Positions 46,696-54,366 of a DNA stretch of 64,000 nucleotides are shown in pieces. Every line of letters starts with the position of its first letter. Within the stretch, counting starts at the first letter, position 1. The stretch is from Actinomycetes bacterium (GTDB lineage: Bacteria > Actinomycetota > Acidimicrobiia > Acidimicrobiales > Bog-793). Below the pieces are notes generated by a model. The model searched no databases. It was not told the origin of the DNA and worked only from the letters and a program-made list of their open reading frames with translations. The stretch covers positions 15,246-79,245 of the forward strand of contig JAJZKA010000001.1 in NCBI GenBank assembly GCA_021809805.1, given 5' to 3'. Position numbers and translations under genes: made by a program.

Positions 46696-48575
46696 CCGCG
46701 CGGGCACCTTTCGGGGTGCTCGCCGCACTGCTCACCTGCTACCTTGCGGCGCCGCTCGTTGCATTCGCCGTCCGCCTCGCCACCTCGCGCGAGCGCGGCT
46801 TTGGCGTGCCGGGGCTATGGGGAGCGCTGTACATCTCATTTGTCTGCGCGACCATCTCGCTCTTCCTTGTCTGCCTATTCGGCATTCCGCTCGCGTACCT
46901 GCTGGCGCGCCGGCCTGGGCGCGTGGCGCGAGTTGTCGGCGTCGCCGTGCAGCTCCCGCTCGCCCTGCCGCCGCTCATGAGCGGCCTGTTGCTCATCTAC
47001 CTCGTCGGCCCCTACAGCTTTCTCGGCGCGCATCTCGGTGGGCGCCTCACCGACTCGATGGCCGGCGTCGTGCTCGCGCAGAGCTTCGTCGCGGCGCCTT
47101 TCCTCGTGGTTGCGGCGCGCGCAGCCTTCGTCCAGGTGGACCGCTCGCTCCTCGAGGTGGCCGCGACGCTTGGCCACGGCGAGCTCTCGCGCTTTGTTCG
47201 CGTCGCCCTGCCCGCGGCAGCGCCGGGAGTTCGCGCCGGCATGGTGCTGTGCTGGCTGCGCGCCTTTGGCGAGTACGGCGCGACGGTCATCCTCGCCTAC
47301 CACCCCTTCACGCTGCCGATCTATGACTTCAACCAGTTCTCCGCTGCCGGGCTGCCCACCACCCAGGCGCCGGTCGCGCTCGCCCTCGGGAGCGCGCTGG
47401 TCGTGCTCGCGGCGAGCCGCCTTCCACTCGCTCGGCTCTGGAGACACCGGGACACCCGACTTGCCGCCATTGGCGAACCAGCACACCCGAGCGCCGCGCC
47501 TCGAGGCGTCGTCACCGCGGTGCACGCCGTGCCTCCGCCGCCGCTTCGCTTCGCGGTCGCCGCGCACCAGGGCGGGTTCGCACTCGAGGTCGCCCACGAC
47601 GCCACGAGCGGTCGCCTGGCGGTGCTGGGTCCCTCCGGATCGGGCAAGTCGACGCTGCTCCGCGCGCTCGCCGGGCTGCTTGGTCCCGGCGCCGCCGAGG
47701 TCACGCTTGGTCGCGACACACTCGGCGATCGCGCGCCGGAGACGCGAGAGGTTGGCTACGTCGCGCAGAGCTTCGATCTGTTCCCAGGACGCGCTGTTGC
47801 CGGCCAGTTGACCTTCGGGGTGGGTGCCGATGCACAAGCGGCGGCCCGCCTTGTCCACGAGCTCGGCCTCACCGAGCTGTGGGCGCGTCTGCCCAATGAG
47901 CTATCGGGGGGCCAACGCCAGCGCGTGGCGCTCGCCCAGGCGCTGGCGCGGACACCGGCGTTGTTGCTGTTAGACGAGCCCTTTACGGGCCTCGACGCCC
48001 CGGTCCGCCTCGAGGCGCGCCGGGCGTTGCGACGCCTCCAACATGAGCACGGCCTCGCCAGCGTCGTGGTCACCCATGACCCCGAGGACGCCGCCTATCT
48101 CGCCGATGAGGTCATCGTCCTCGCCGAGGGCCGCGCGCTGCAGGCGGGCCCGATCGCCACGGTCTATCGCCATCCGGCATCCTTGGCCGTCGCGCGCCTG
48201 CTCGGGATCCCGAACTTCGCGCGCGCCGTAGTGGTCGAGCCCGGCGTGCTCGCGATCGGCACCGGGCGACTTTTCGCGGACACCGCAGGATTGGCGCGGG
48301 GGAGCACCGTCGCCTGGAGCGTGCGCCCCGAGCACATCGAACTCGTCGCCCGGGGTCCGAACCGTCTGGCCGCGCGGGTTCTTGATCGCACCGAGCTCGG
48401 CGTGCTCGCTGAGGTGACGCTCCTCCTCGAGACCGGGACCGAGCTCGTTGCCCGCCCTTCCGCTTCGCCGGACGTACGCGCCGGCGAAGCGGTCGGGCTC
48501 GAGATCGCGCCCGCGGCAATCTCGTGCTGGCCGGCCGAACCGGACATCAACGACGCCGGCGCCGCGGTGCTCTAG
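46692..48575 (+). CDS. Fused ABC importer permease (ModB/CysW-like) + ATPase (ModC-like) with a TOBE-like C-terminus
   Basis: N-terminal six-TM permease. Then Walker A GPSGSGKST, signature LSGGQRQRVALA, Walker B LLLLDEPFTGLD and a beta-rich tail. Confidence 0.85.
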   Translation: MTARAPFGVLAALLTCYLAAPLVAFAVRLATSRERGFGVPGLWGALYISFVCATISLFLVCLFGIPLAYLLARRPGRVARVVGVAVQLPLALPPLMSGLLLIYLVGPYSFLGAHLGGRLTDSMAGVVLAQSFVAAPFLVVAARAAFVQVDRSLLEVAATLGHGELSRFVRVALPAAAPGVRAGMVLCWLRAFGEYGATVILAYHPFTLPIYDFNQFSAAGLPTTQAPVALALGSALVVLAASRLPLARLWRHRDTRLAAIGEPAHPSAAPRGVVTAVHAVPPPPLRFAVAAHQGGFALEVAHDATSGRLAVLGPSGSGKSTLLRALAGLLGPGAAEVTLGRDTLGDRAPETREVGYVAQSFDLFPGRAVAGQLTFGVGADAQAAARLVHELGLTELWARLPNELSGGQRQRVALAQALARTPALLLLDEPFTGLDAPVRLEARRALRRLQHEHGLASVVVTHDPEDAAYLADEVIVLAEGRALQAGPIATVYRHPASLAVARLLGIPNFARAVVVEPGVLAIGTGRLFADTAGLARGSTVAWSVRPEHIELVARGPNRLAARVLDRTELGVLAEVTLLLETGTELVARPSASPDVRAGEAVGLEIAPAAISCWPAEPDINDAGAAVL

Positions 48576-48839
48576 CACTGCTAGACCGGTTCGATCGAGC
48601 ACGGCTCCTTGCGGTGGCGGCTTCTCTGCGGCCAGTCCCTCCACCCCGCCACTGCCACCCATCGAGCGAGACGAGACATCAACGGAGGTTCACGCAATTG
48701 ACCCGTCCGGTCTGCCCCTTGCCCGTAATTCCCGGATGGAGCGGGAGTGCTTCGGCGTTCCCTCGAGCTTCGCATCCCGCCTTTACCAGCGACGCACGTC
48801 AAGGGCGGGGCCAGGCCATCGAGCACTGAACTGGAACTA

Positions 48840-49431
48840 CACAGCCGGAATAGGCCGGCCCTCCACTGTGCGAGTCCGCTCGCTACGTGCGACTTCGTGT
48901 CGCAACTTCTTCTTGGTGTCCACGCTGATCACCGGCTGACCGCCAGCAACGAGGGCGTCGGGCCGGGAGTTGATGTGGCGGAACTGGGCGTCGCGGTCGC
49001 GATGCTGGCGGCCCTCGTTGACCTTGCGTTGGCCTGGAGCGAATACCCCAGCCGGTGCAACAGTCGCGCACCGAACGAGCCGACACCTCGAAGCCCTGAC
49101 CGACCAGCTCGTCAGCCAGCTTGGTCGACGACTTCGACGTCCAACGCAACTTCGACATCGCGTTGCCCCGAGTCTCGGGGTTCACGAGCTCGTCGAGGGC
49201 CTGCAGGAGTCCGGGCTGCTTCGGCTCGGCTTTGATGTCACCGCCGCCGACGGCGCGCTGGCGGTTCGAGGGCACGATCCCGGCCTTCACCTCCCCCTCG
49301 GCCTTGATCACAGTGTTACGGCTCATCCCCGACGCGGCCGCCACTGCAGTCTTGCCGCCCCGACCCAACATCTCCGCCATCGCACCGGCCACCACCCGCC
49401 GCTGTATCTCGTTCATGTGCGGAACGACCAC
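48840..49431 (-). pseudogene. ISAzo13-family transposase remnant (N-terminal ~200 codons, frameshifted and truncated)
   Basis: Frame 1: MSRNTVIKAEGEV...PGLLQALDELVNPETRGNAMSKLRWTSKSSTKLADELVGQGFEVSARSV. The family-like sequence continues in another frame (LLHRLGYSLQANAKVNEGRQHRDRDAQFRHIN...VISVDTKKK) and then stops at 48840. The DDE catalytic part is absent. Confidence 0.7.
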
Positions 49432-49702
49432 CTCGAAAAATCGCGCGAGTCCCTCGGCGGTGACCTGGCGTGGACCCTTAGCATCACGGCGTCAGGCCCC
49501 TTCTTCTGACCGAGCAGCCGTCCCAGTCGTTCGTCAAACCGGGTCTCCGAGGAGGGACCAGGCGATATAGGCCGATCCGGTGACGAGGCCGCCGGTTCTG
49601 CCGGCCCACCTGCCAGCGCGGACCGTTCGTCGGCTCCTGTCTCGCGAGGGTGATGGGTTCCATACTGCAAGCGTCCCGATTCGGAGTCGGGAAGTTGGTC
49701 GG

Positions 49703-50158
49703 TTATCTGTCTGCAGCCGGCGTGCTCGCGTCGGACGGTTCGTCGGGGCGATGCCCGAAGCGGTGCAGCCTGTGTTGGGGTCGAGGAGACCCGTTGCTGG
49801 TTGCGCGGGCGGACTCCGCTCGGGCGGCGTCGCGCTGGTCGACAAGGTCGTCGCGGTCCCGGCTGACCTCGGCGGTCTCCCGGTGCGATTGCTTGAGCCC
49901 GCGGCGTGCCGCCCGGCCACGCCGGGCCGCGCGGCGGGCACTGGTCAAAAGAAGGCTGAGACCGAAAACGGCGATAGCGCCGACCACTATGCCGTAGAGG
50001 AACAGGGTGCCGGTACTGCCGGTCACGTGGTAGCCGAACACCGAGAAGCCGTGAGTGAGCGCGTGCGTGGCGCCGGTGTTGCCGAGCACGCCGGCCACCG
50101 CGACGATCACTGCAGCGACGAGAAGGATGAGACCGAAAATCAGGATCATGACATGCAC
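49703..50158 (-). CDS. Small 2-TM membrane protein with Arg-rich cytoplasmic tail
   Basis: MILIFGLILLVAAVIVAVAGVL and LFLYGIVVGAIAVFGLSLLL. Lies 18 nt downstream of the STAS gene. TAA stop. Confidence 0.55.
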   Translation of the reverse strand: MHVMILIFGLILLVAAVIVAVAGVLGNTGATHALTHGFSVFGYHVTGSTGTLFLYGIVVGAIAVFGLSLLLTSARRAARRGRAARRGLKQSHRETAEVSRDRDDLVDQRDAARAESARATSNGSPRPQHRLHRFGHRPDEPSDASTPAADR

Positions 50159-50176
50159 TCGGTTAGCATTGTTGAG

Positions 50177-50608
50177 TTACTCTTCATACCTGAGGCCGGG
50201 TAGCTGTCCCCAGCCGAGCTGAAGAATTTTCACGAGCATCGCAGGCGGGCGGCGGACGACGAGTTGGTTATCCGCTCCCCGGTTCGCAGCAGCGGCAGCG
50301 AGCAGTCGGGCCCCGCCGGTGTCGATGAAATCGACGTCCGCGAGATCAAGATGGGCCTCGCCTCGCGAGATGGCCCTGCGGTCCGAGGGGTTCGTCACGG
50401 CCTCCACCACCATCGCGAACAGGTGGTGATTGGCGATGTCGATTTCACCGTGCACGGCTACGGCACCCCGCCGTGTTTCCGTCCACATCTGTGGTGACCG
50501 GAGCGGTGGCCTCGCAGAGTTTGCGGCCGCCCGAACAACTGCGCCAGGGCGCCGACCATCTTGGCACCCAGCACCCCTCGTCGTGACGTGTTCGCCCCCG
50601 GTGCTCAT
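50177..50608 (-). CDS. STAS-domain protein (anti-sigma-factor-antagonist-like)
   Basis: VHGEIDIANHHLF...HLDLADVDFIDTGGARLL. ATG 50608 has a strong SD (AGGAGGA) 6 nt upstream. Confidence 0.65.
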   Translation of the reverse strand: MSTGGEHVTTRGAGCQDGRRPGAVVRAAANSARPPLRSPQMWTETRRGAVAVHGEIDIANHHLFAMVVEAVTNPSDRRAISRGEAHLDLADVDFIDTGGARLLAAAAANRGADNQLVVRRPPAMLVKILQLGWGQLPGLRYEE

Positions 50609-50617
50609 GCCAGTCCT

Positions 50618-50643
50618 CCTGGTGGTGCTGAAACGTCACCAGG
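50618..50643 (-). promoter_or_regulatory. Leader hairpin partly occluding the STAS gene SD
   Basis: cctggtg-N12-caccagg. On the mRNA the 3' arm (CACCAGG) overlaps the SD CCAGGAGGA. Confidence 0.4.
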
Positions 50644-50782
50644 GTCTCGAGCGGCGTAGGTCGACTTAGGCAGTACTGCTCCCTTAGTCTACCTCACCCG
50701 TCGCTCGGGCGCAGGGCCGCCGCGCCCCGGCATGGTCGGCGATGGCGAGCAGCCCTGTGTGGCGTGGCGTTAGGCCAGGGCG

Positions 50783-50809
50783 ACGTCGGCCGAGACGCTC
50801 GGCCGACGT
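50783..50809. other. Perfect 12-bp-stem, 3-nt-loop hairpin in a divergent intergenic region
   Basis: acgtcggccgag-acg-ctcggccgacgt, between the STAS and GAF-ANTAR genes. Confidence 0.6.
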
Positions 50810-51023
50810 GACTGGGCGATGGGGGCCCTCCGACGGTTTCTCGGCGGGACGAGGGCAACCGCACACCGCGGGTGCTGGTCGCCGCCGCGGGGACGGCGAT
50901 CCCAATCGACGGCCCAGTTCCCGTGTCGGGTCGAGGGAGTAGGGTGTTGGTGTCCGGCTGCCGCCGGGGTGCGCTGAATCAGGTCCTCGTTGAGCGTCTC
51001 GCCTTTGGATCAGGAGACGACCG

Positions 51024-51080
51024 ATGACTCAACAGCGCTCGGCGCCAAGCAGACCAGCCAGCCGAGGCAGGTGCCTGTGA
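51024..51080 (+). promoter_or_regulatory. Candidate 18-codon upstream ORF coupled to the GAF-ANTAR gene
   Basis: AGGAG sits 7 nt upstream of ATG 51024 (MTQQRSAPSRPASRGRCL*). Its TGA (51078-80) overlaps the in-frame GTG 51077 of the downstream gene (GTGA). Confidence 0.4.
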
Positions 51081-51793
51081 GCGGCGAGCGGCTGCTTCGG
51101 ATCCTGGCGCTCCTGTCGGCCTCCGGAGAGGGCGGGGATGCGCCACGCGTGTGTCAGGTTGCCGCCCAGGCCATAGGGATGAGCGGCGCGGGAATCATGG
51201 TCTTCGAAGGAGACCTCCCGCGCGGATCGGTGTGCACCACCGACCCGGTGTCCGCCCTCATAGAAGACCTCCAATACACCCTCGGCGAGGGCCCCTGCGT
51301 CGACGCCCACACCCTCGGGGAGCCCGTCTCCGAGGCTGACCTAGCCGCGCCGGCGGTACCTCGCTGGCCGGCCTTCGGGCCACCGGCGGTCACGAAGGGC
51401 GCCCGAGCGGTGTTCGGGTTCCCAGTCCGGATCGGCGCCATACGGATCGGCGCCCTCAACCTTTACCGGGACCGGCCTGGGTCGCTCAGCGGCGACCAGC
51501 ACGCCGACGCCCTTGTCATGGCCGACGTCGCCGCCCGGGCTGTCCTCTCCATCCAAGCCGATGCCCCACCCGGCACCCTTTCCGCCGAGCTCGAAACCGG
51601 CGCCGACTTCCACTTGGTCGTCCACCAAGCCGCTGGAATGGTCTCGGTCCAACTCGACGTCAGCGTGGCCGAAGCGCTCCTGCGGCTCCGAGCCCGGGCC
51701 TTTGCCACCGAGACGCCCCTTACCGAGGTCGCCCAAGACGTCGTCGACCGCCGGTTACGCTTCGCCGACCCCTCCGCCCCCGGCGGTCCGTGA
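51077..51793 (+). CDS. GAF + ANTAR domain RNA-binding regulator (paralogue 1)
   Basis: GAF-like LQYTLGEGPCVDA...FPVRIGAIRIGALNLY. ANTAR-like HQAAGMVSVQLDVSVAEALLRLRARAF. Start is GTG 51077, or TTG 50990 as in the ORF track. Confidence 0.8.
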   Translation: MSGERLLRILALLSASGEGGDAPRVCQVAAQAIGMSGAGIMVFEGDLPRGSVCTTDPVSALIEDLQYTLGEGPCVDAHTLGEPVSEADLAAPAVPRWPAFGPPAVTKGARAVFGFPVRIGAIRIGALNLYRDRPGSLSGDQHADALVMADVAARAVLSIQADAPPGTLSAELETGADFHLVVHQAAGMVSVQLDVSVAEALLRLRARAFATETPLTEVAQDVVDRRLRFADPSAPGGP

Positions 51794-51903
51794 AGCCACG
51801 CGCCGAGCCGTGTGCTCCAATGTAACCTTGAGAGCCCGTTCGCCCCTCCGGCACGCCCAGACCCCGCGCCGCTCGTGAGCCCATCCGACTGGACGATGGC
51901 GTG

Positions 51904-52647
51904 ATGCCCAAACAAGCGGTCCTGGTACGCACTCTCGTTGACCTAGTCGACAGCCTCGTCGCCGACTTCGACATCGTCGACCTGCTCACCCTGCTCTCCG
52001 ACCGCTGCGTCGAAGCCCTCGATGTGGCGGCCGCAGGGGTTATGATCGCCACCCCAGCCGGACACCTCCAAGTCGTCGCGTCCTCGAGTGACGCCATGCG
52101 CACTCTCGAACTGTTCCAGCTGCAATCCGACCAAGGCCCCTGCGTCGACGCCTACCGAAGCGGCAAGCCCGTCGTCAACCAGGACCTCCGCGCCAACCTC
52201 GGGAGGTGGCCGCGCTTCACTCCCCACGCCATCGCCGCCGGGTTCCGCTCCACCCACTCGCTGCCCATGCGCCTACACGGCCAGACCATCGGTGCGCTCA
52301 ACCTGTTTCGCGTCGACAACGGCACCCTCGACCCCGACGACGTGGCCGCCGCTCAAGCCCTCGCCGACGTTGCCACCGTCGCCATTATCCAGAACCGGGC
52401 CACTGCGGATGCCCAAGCACTCAACAACCAGCTCAACCACGCATTAACCAGCAGGGTCATCATCGAACAAGCCAAAGGCAAGATCAGCGAAGCCGCTCAC
52501 CTCGACATGGACCAGGCCTTCCAACGCCTTCGCCACCACGCCCGCAACCACAACCTCCGCCTCACCGACCTCGCCCACGACATCGCCGCCGGCACCGTCA
52601 GACCAGGATCACTCGACCCCCTCCCCTCACCACACCCTCACCGCTAG
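51904..52647 (+). CDS. GAF + ANTAR domain RNA-binding regulator (paralogue 2)
   Basis: LQSDQGPCVDAYRSG...LPMRLHGQTIGALNLF. ANTAR block IIEQAKGKISEAAHLDMDQAFQRLRHHARNHNLRLTDLA. Confidence 0.85.
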   Translation: MPKQAVLVRTLVDLVDSLVADFDIVDLLTLLSDRCVEALDVAAAGVMIATPAGHLQVVASSSDAMRTLELFQLQSDQGPCVDAYRSGKPVVNQDLRANLGRWPRFTPHAIAAGFRSTHSLPMRLHGQTIGALNLFRVDNGTLDPDDVAAAQALADVATVAIIQNRATADAQALNNQLNHALTSRVIIEQAKGKISEAAHLDMDQAFQRLRHHARNHNLRLTDLAHDIAAGTVRPGSLDPLPSPHPHR

Positions 52648-52654
52648 CTAGCGG
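52641..52654. other. 14-bp perfect palindrome formed by two abutting convergent stop codons
   Basis: ccgCTAGCTAGcgg. The TAG of GAF-ANTAR 2 (52645-47) is immediately followed by the reverse TAG of the HTH-TOBE gene (52648-50). Confidence 0.9.
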
Positions 52655-53076
52655 GGGGTCGGAACCTCGACGCCGACGTTGGTGGCCTTGACCACCGCGG
52701 CGGCCACGACACCGGGGGCAAGGCCGAGCTCGTCGACCGCTTCTCGGGTGATCAAAGAGACGAATCGGTGCGGCCCGGCCTGGATCTCCACCTGCGCGGC
52801 GACCGCGTCGGTGGTCACCTTGGTGACGATGCCGACGAAGTGGTTACGGGCCGAGCGCGCCATCGCCCGGGGTGACGCGTCCCCACTCTGACCAGGGCGC
52901 TCCTCGGCGAGCTCGACGGCGAGCCGGGCGAGGTCCTCGCCGTCGATGAGCCGCCTCCCCCCGGGTCCCTGATGCGAGCGGACGCGGGATGCCTCGACCC
53001 ATCGCCGCATGGTGTCGTCGCTCACACCCATCAGCTCGGCGGCGTAGCTGATGCGGTATTCCGGCACGACCGGCAC
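52648..53076 (-). CDS. HTH (MerR/excisionase-type) + TOBE/Mop-domain regulator (ModE-like, molybdate-responsive candidate)
   Basis: EYRISYAAELMGVSDDTMRRWVEA, then SARNHFVGIVTKVTTDAVAAQVEIQAG...VVKATNVGV. GTG 53076 or 53067 is the start. The remainder of ORF 52648..53736 is R/P-rich junk. Confidence 0.75.
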   Translation of the reverse strand: MPVVPEYRISYAAELMGVSDDTMRRWVEASRVRSHQGPGGRRLIDGEDLARLAVELAEERPGQSGDASPRAMARSARNHFVGIVTKVTTDAVAAQVEIQAGPHRFVSLITREAVDELGLAPGVVAAAVVKATNVGVEVPTPR

Positions 53077-53447
53077 GCTATCAACGGCCTTGCGCGCCCC
53101 TTGCCAATCGCGCCGGCAGGGGGGCCGCGTGTCGGTATCTGGCACGCGATGGCTGGGCCGACGCGATGGGCGAGCGCGAGCCCGAACACGTCGTGGCCGC
53201 CTCGAACCTACGCGTCGCCGATGGAGGCGCGCACCGCGTGGGGATCGAGGTTCTCGCGCGAATGGGCGAAGGTGCGACTCATCACTCGGCGCAGGTCTCG
53301 CCAGCTGGCTGCGCCGCGCGCACAACGAGGTCCGCCCGGGTCCGCCTCCCGGTGGCCCAGGTGCTCGTCGGGTGCGGCTCGCGTCCCTGTCAGCCTGATC
53401 ATGGCTTCGGGTCCTGCCCAACTCTTGGCGCTGGGGCAGGAGTGAAG

Positions 53448-54350
53448 ATGTGGGACGCTTTGGCGATGGAGGTGCACCTCGTCGACGGTACGTACGAGCT
53501 GTTCCGCCACCACTTTGGCCAGCCCGCGGGGCGAGACGGGAGCCGCTCCCCCTACGGAGCGACGCGCGGGGTGCTCGCGCACGTGATCGGACTGCTCGAG
53601 CGGGGGGTGAGCCATCTCGGGGTCGCCACCGACACGGTGGTCGAGTCGTTCCGTAACCAGTTGTGGCCCGCCTACAAGCGCGGCGACGGGGTCCCGCCCG
53701 AGCTTGCCGCCCAGTTTCCGCTGCTCGAAGCCGCACTCGAGGCGCTCGGGGTCACGCTCTGGGCAATGGTCGAGCTCGAAGCCGACGACGCACTTGCGAG
53801 CGCCGCGGCCGTCCTTTGCGAGGATCCCGCAGTTCACCAGGTGCGGCTCGCCACACCGGACAAGGACCTCGCGCAGTGCGTGCGTGGCCAGCGAGTCGTC
53901 CAGTTCGACAGCCGCAGCGGAGCGTGCACCGATGAATCCGGGGTGCGGGCGCGTTTTGGCATCGGGCCGCGCTCCATCCCGGACTGGCTGGCGCTCGTCG
54001 GCGATAGCGCAGATGGCTTCCCGGGCCTGCCGGGCTGGGGGCGCACCTCGGCCAGCACTGTGCTTGCGCACTACCACCACCTCGAGGCGATCCCCGAGGC
54101 CGTTTCGGACTGGGACCCGACCGTGCGCGCCAGCGTGCGCGGTGCCGCCCGCCTCGCCGGCGTGCTCGCCGAGGAGCGCGACCTCGCCGGGCTCTTCAAG
54201 CACTTGGCGACGCTGCGCATCGACCGGAGCTTGCTGAGCGGGACCGACGCGCTGTCTTGGCGCGGTCCCCGGCCCGACTTCGCCGAGCTCTGCGCGACCC
54301 TCGGTGCCCCACGGCTCACCGAGCGCGCGCTGCAACTCGCCGAGCGCTGA
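53448..54350 (+). CDS. 5'-3' exonuclease / flap endonuclease (Pol I N-terminal-domain-like)
   Basis: HLVDGTYELFRHHF, ELEADDALAS and GDSADGFPGLPGWG. Start is ATG 53448 or 53466. Confidence 0.8.
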   Translation: MWDALAMEVHLVDGTYELFRHHFGQPAGRDGSRSPYGATRGVLAHVIGLLERGVSHLGVATDTVVESFRNQLWPAYKRGDGVPPELAAQFPLLEAALEALGVTLWAMVELEADDALASAAAVLCEDPAVHQVRLATPDKDLAQCVRGQRVVQFDSRSGACTDESGVRARFGIGPRSIPDWLALVGDSADGFPGLPGWGRTSASTVLAHYHHLEAIPEAVSDWDPTVRASVRGAARLAGVLAEERDLAGLFKHLATLRIDRSLLSGTDALSWRGPRPDFAELCATLGAPRLTERALQLAER

Positions 54351-54366
54351 GCGTCCCGGCAGGCGC

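Noticed and set aside
48583-48600. GGTTCGATC string, and a similar GGTTCGA at about 2616, checked as a tRNA T-loop
   Set aside because: The flanking bases cannot form a T-stem or acceptor stem, and no cloverleaf can be drawn. The one at 2616 lies in the SD/start region of the DUF929-like gene.
49619-49746. Near-identical 15-mers cggaccgttcgtcgg and cggacggttcgtcgg, 112 bp apart
   Set aside because: This is a single short direct repeat in a GC-rich spacer beside the IS remnant. It could be chance, and there is no associated structure or ORF.
48576-52654. Target-site duplications or terminal inverted repeats bounding the island
   Set aside because: Only a trivial shared gctag pentamer was found at both borders. 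It is too short to support a claim, and the transposase is a remnant without recognisable ends.
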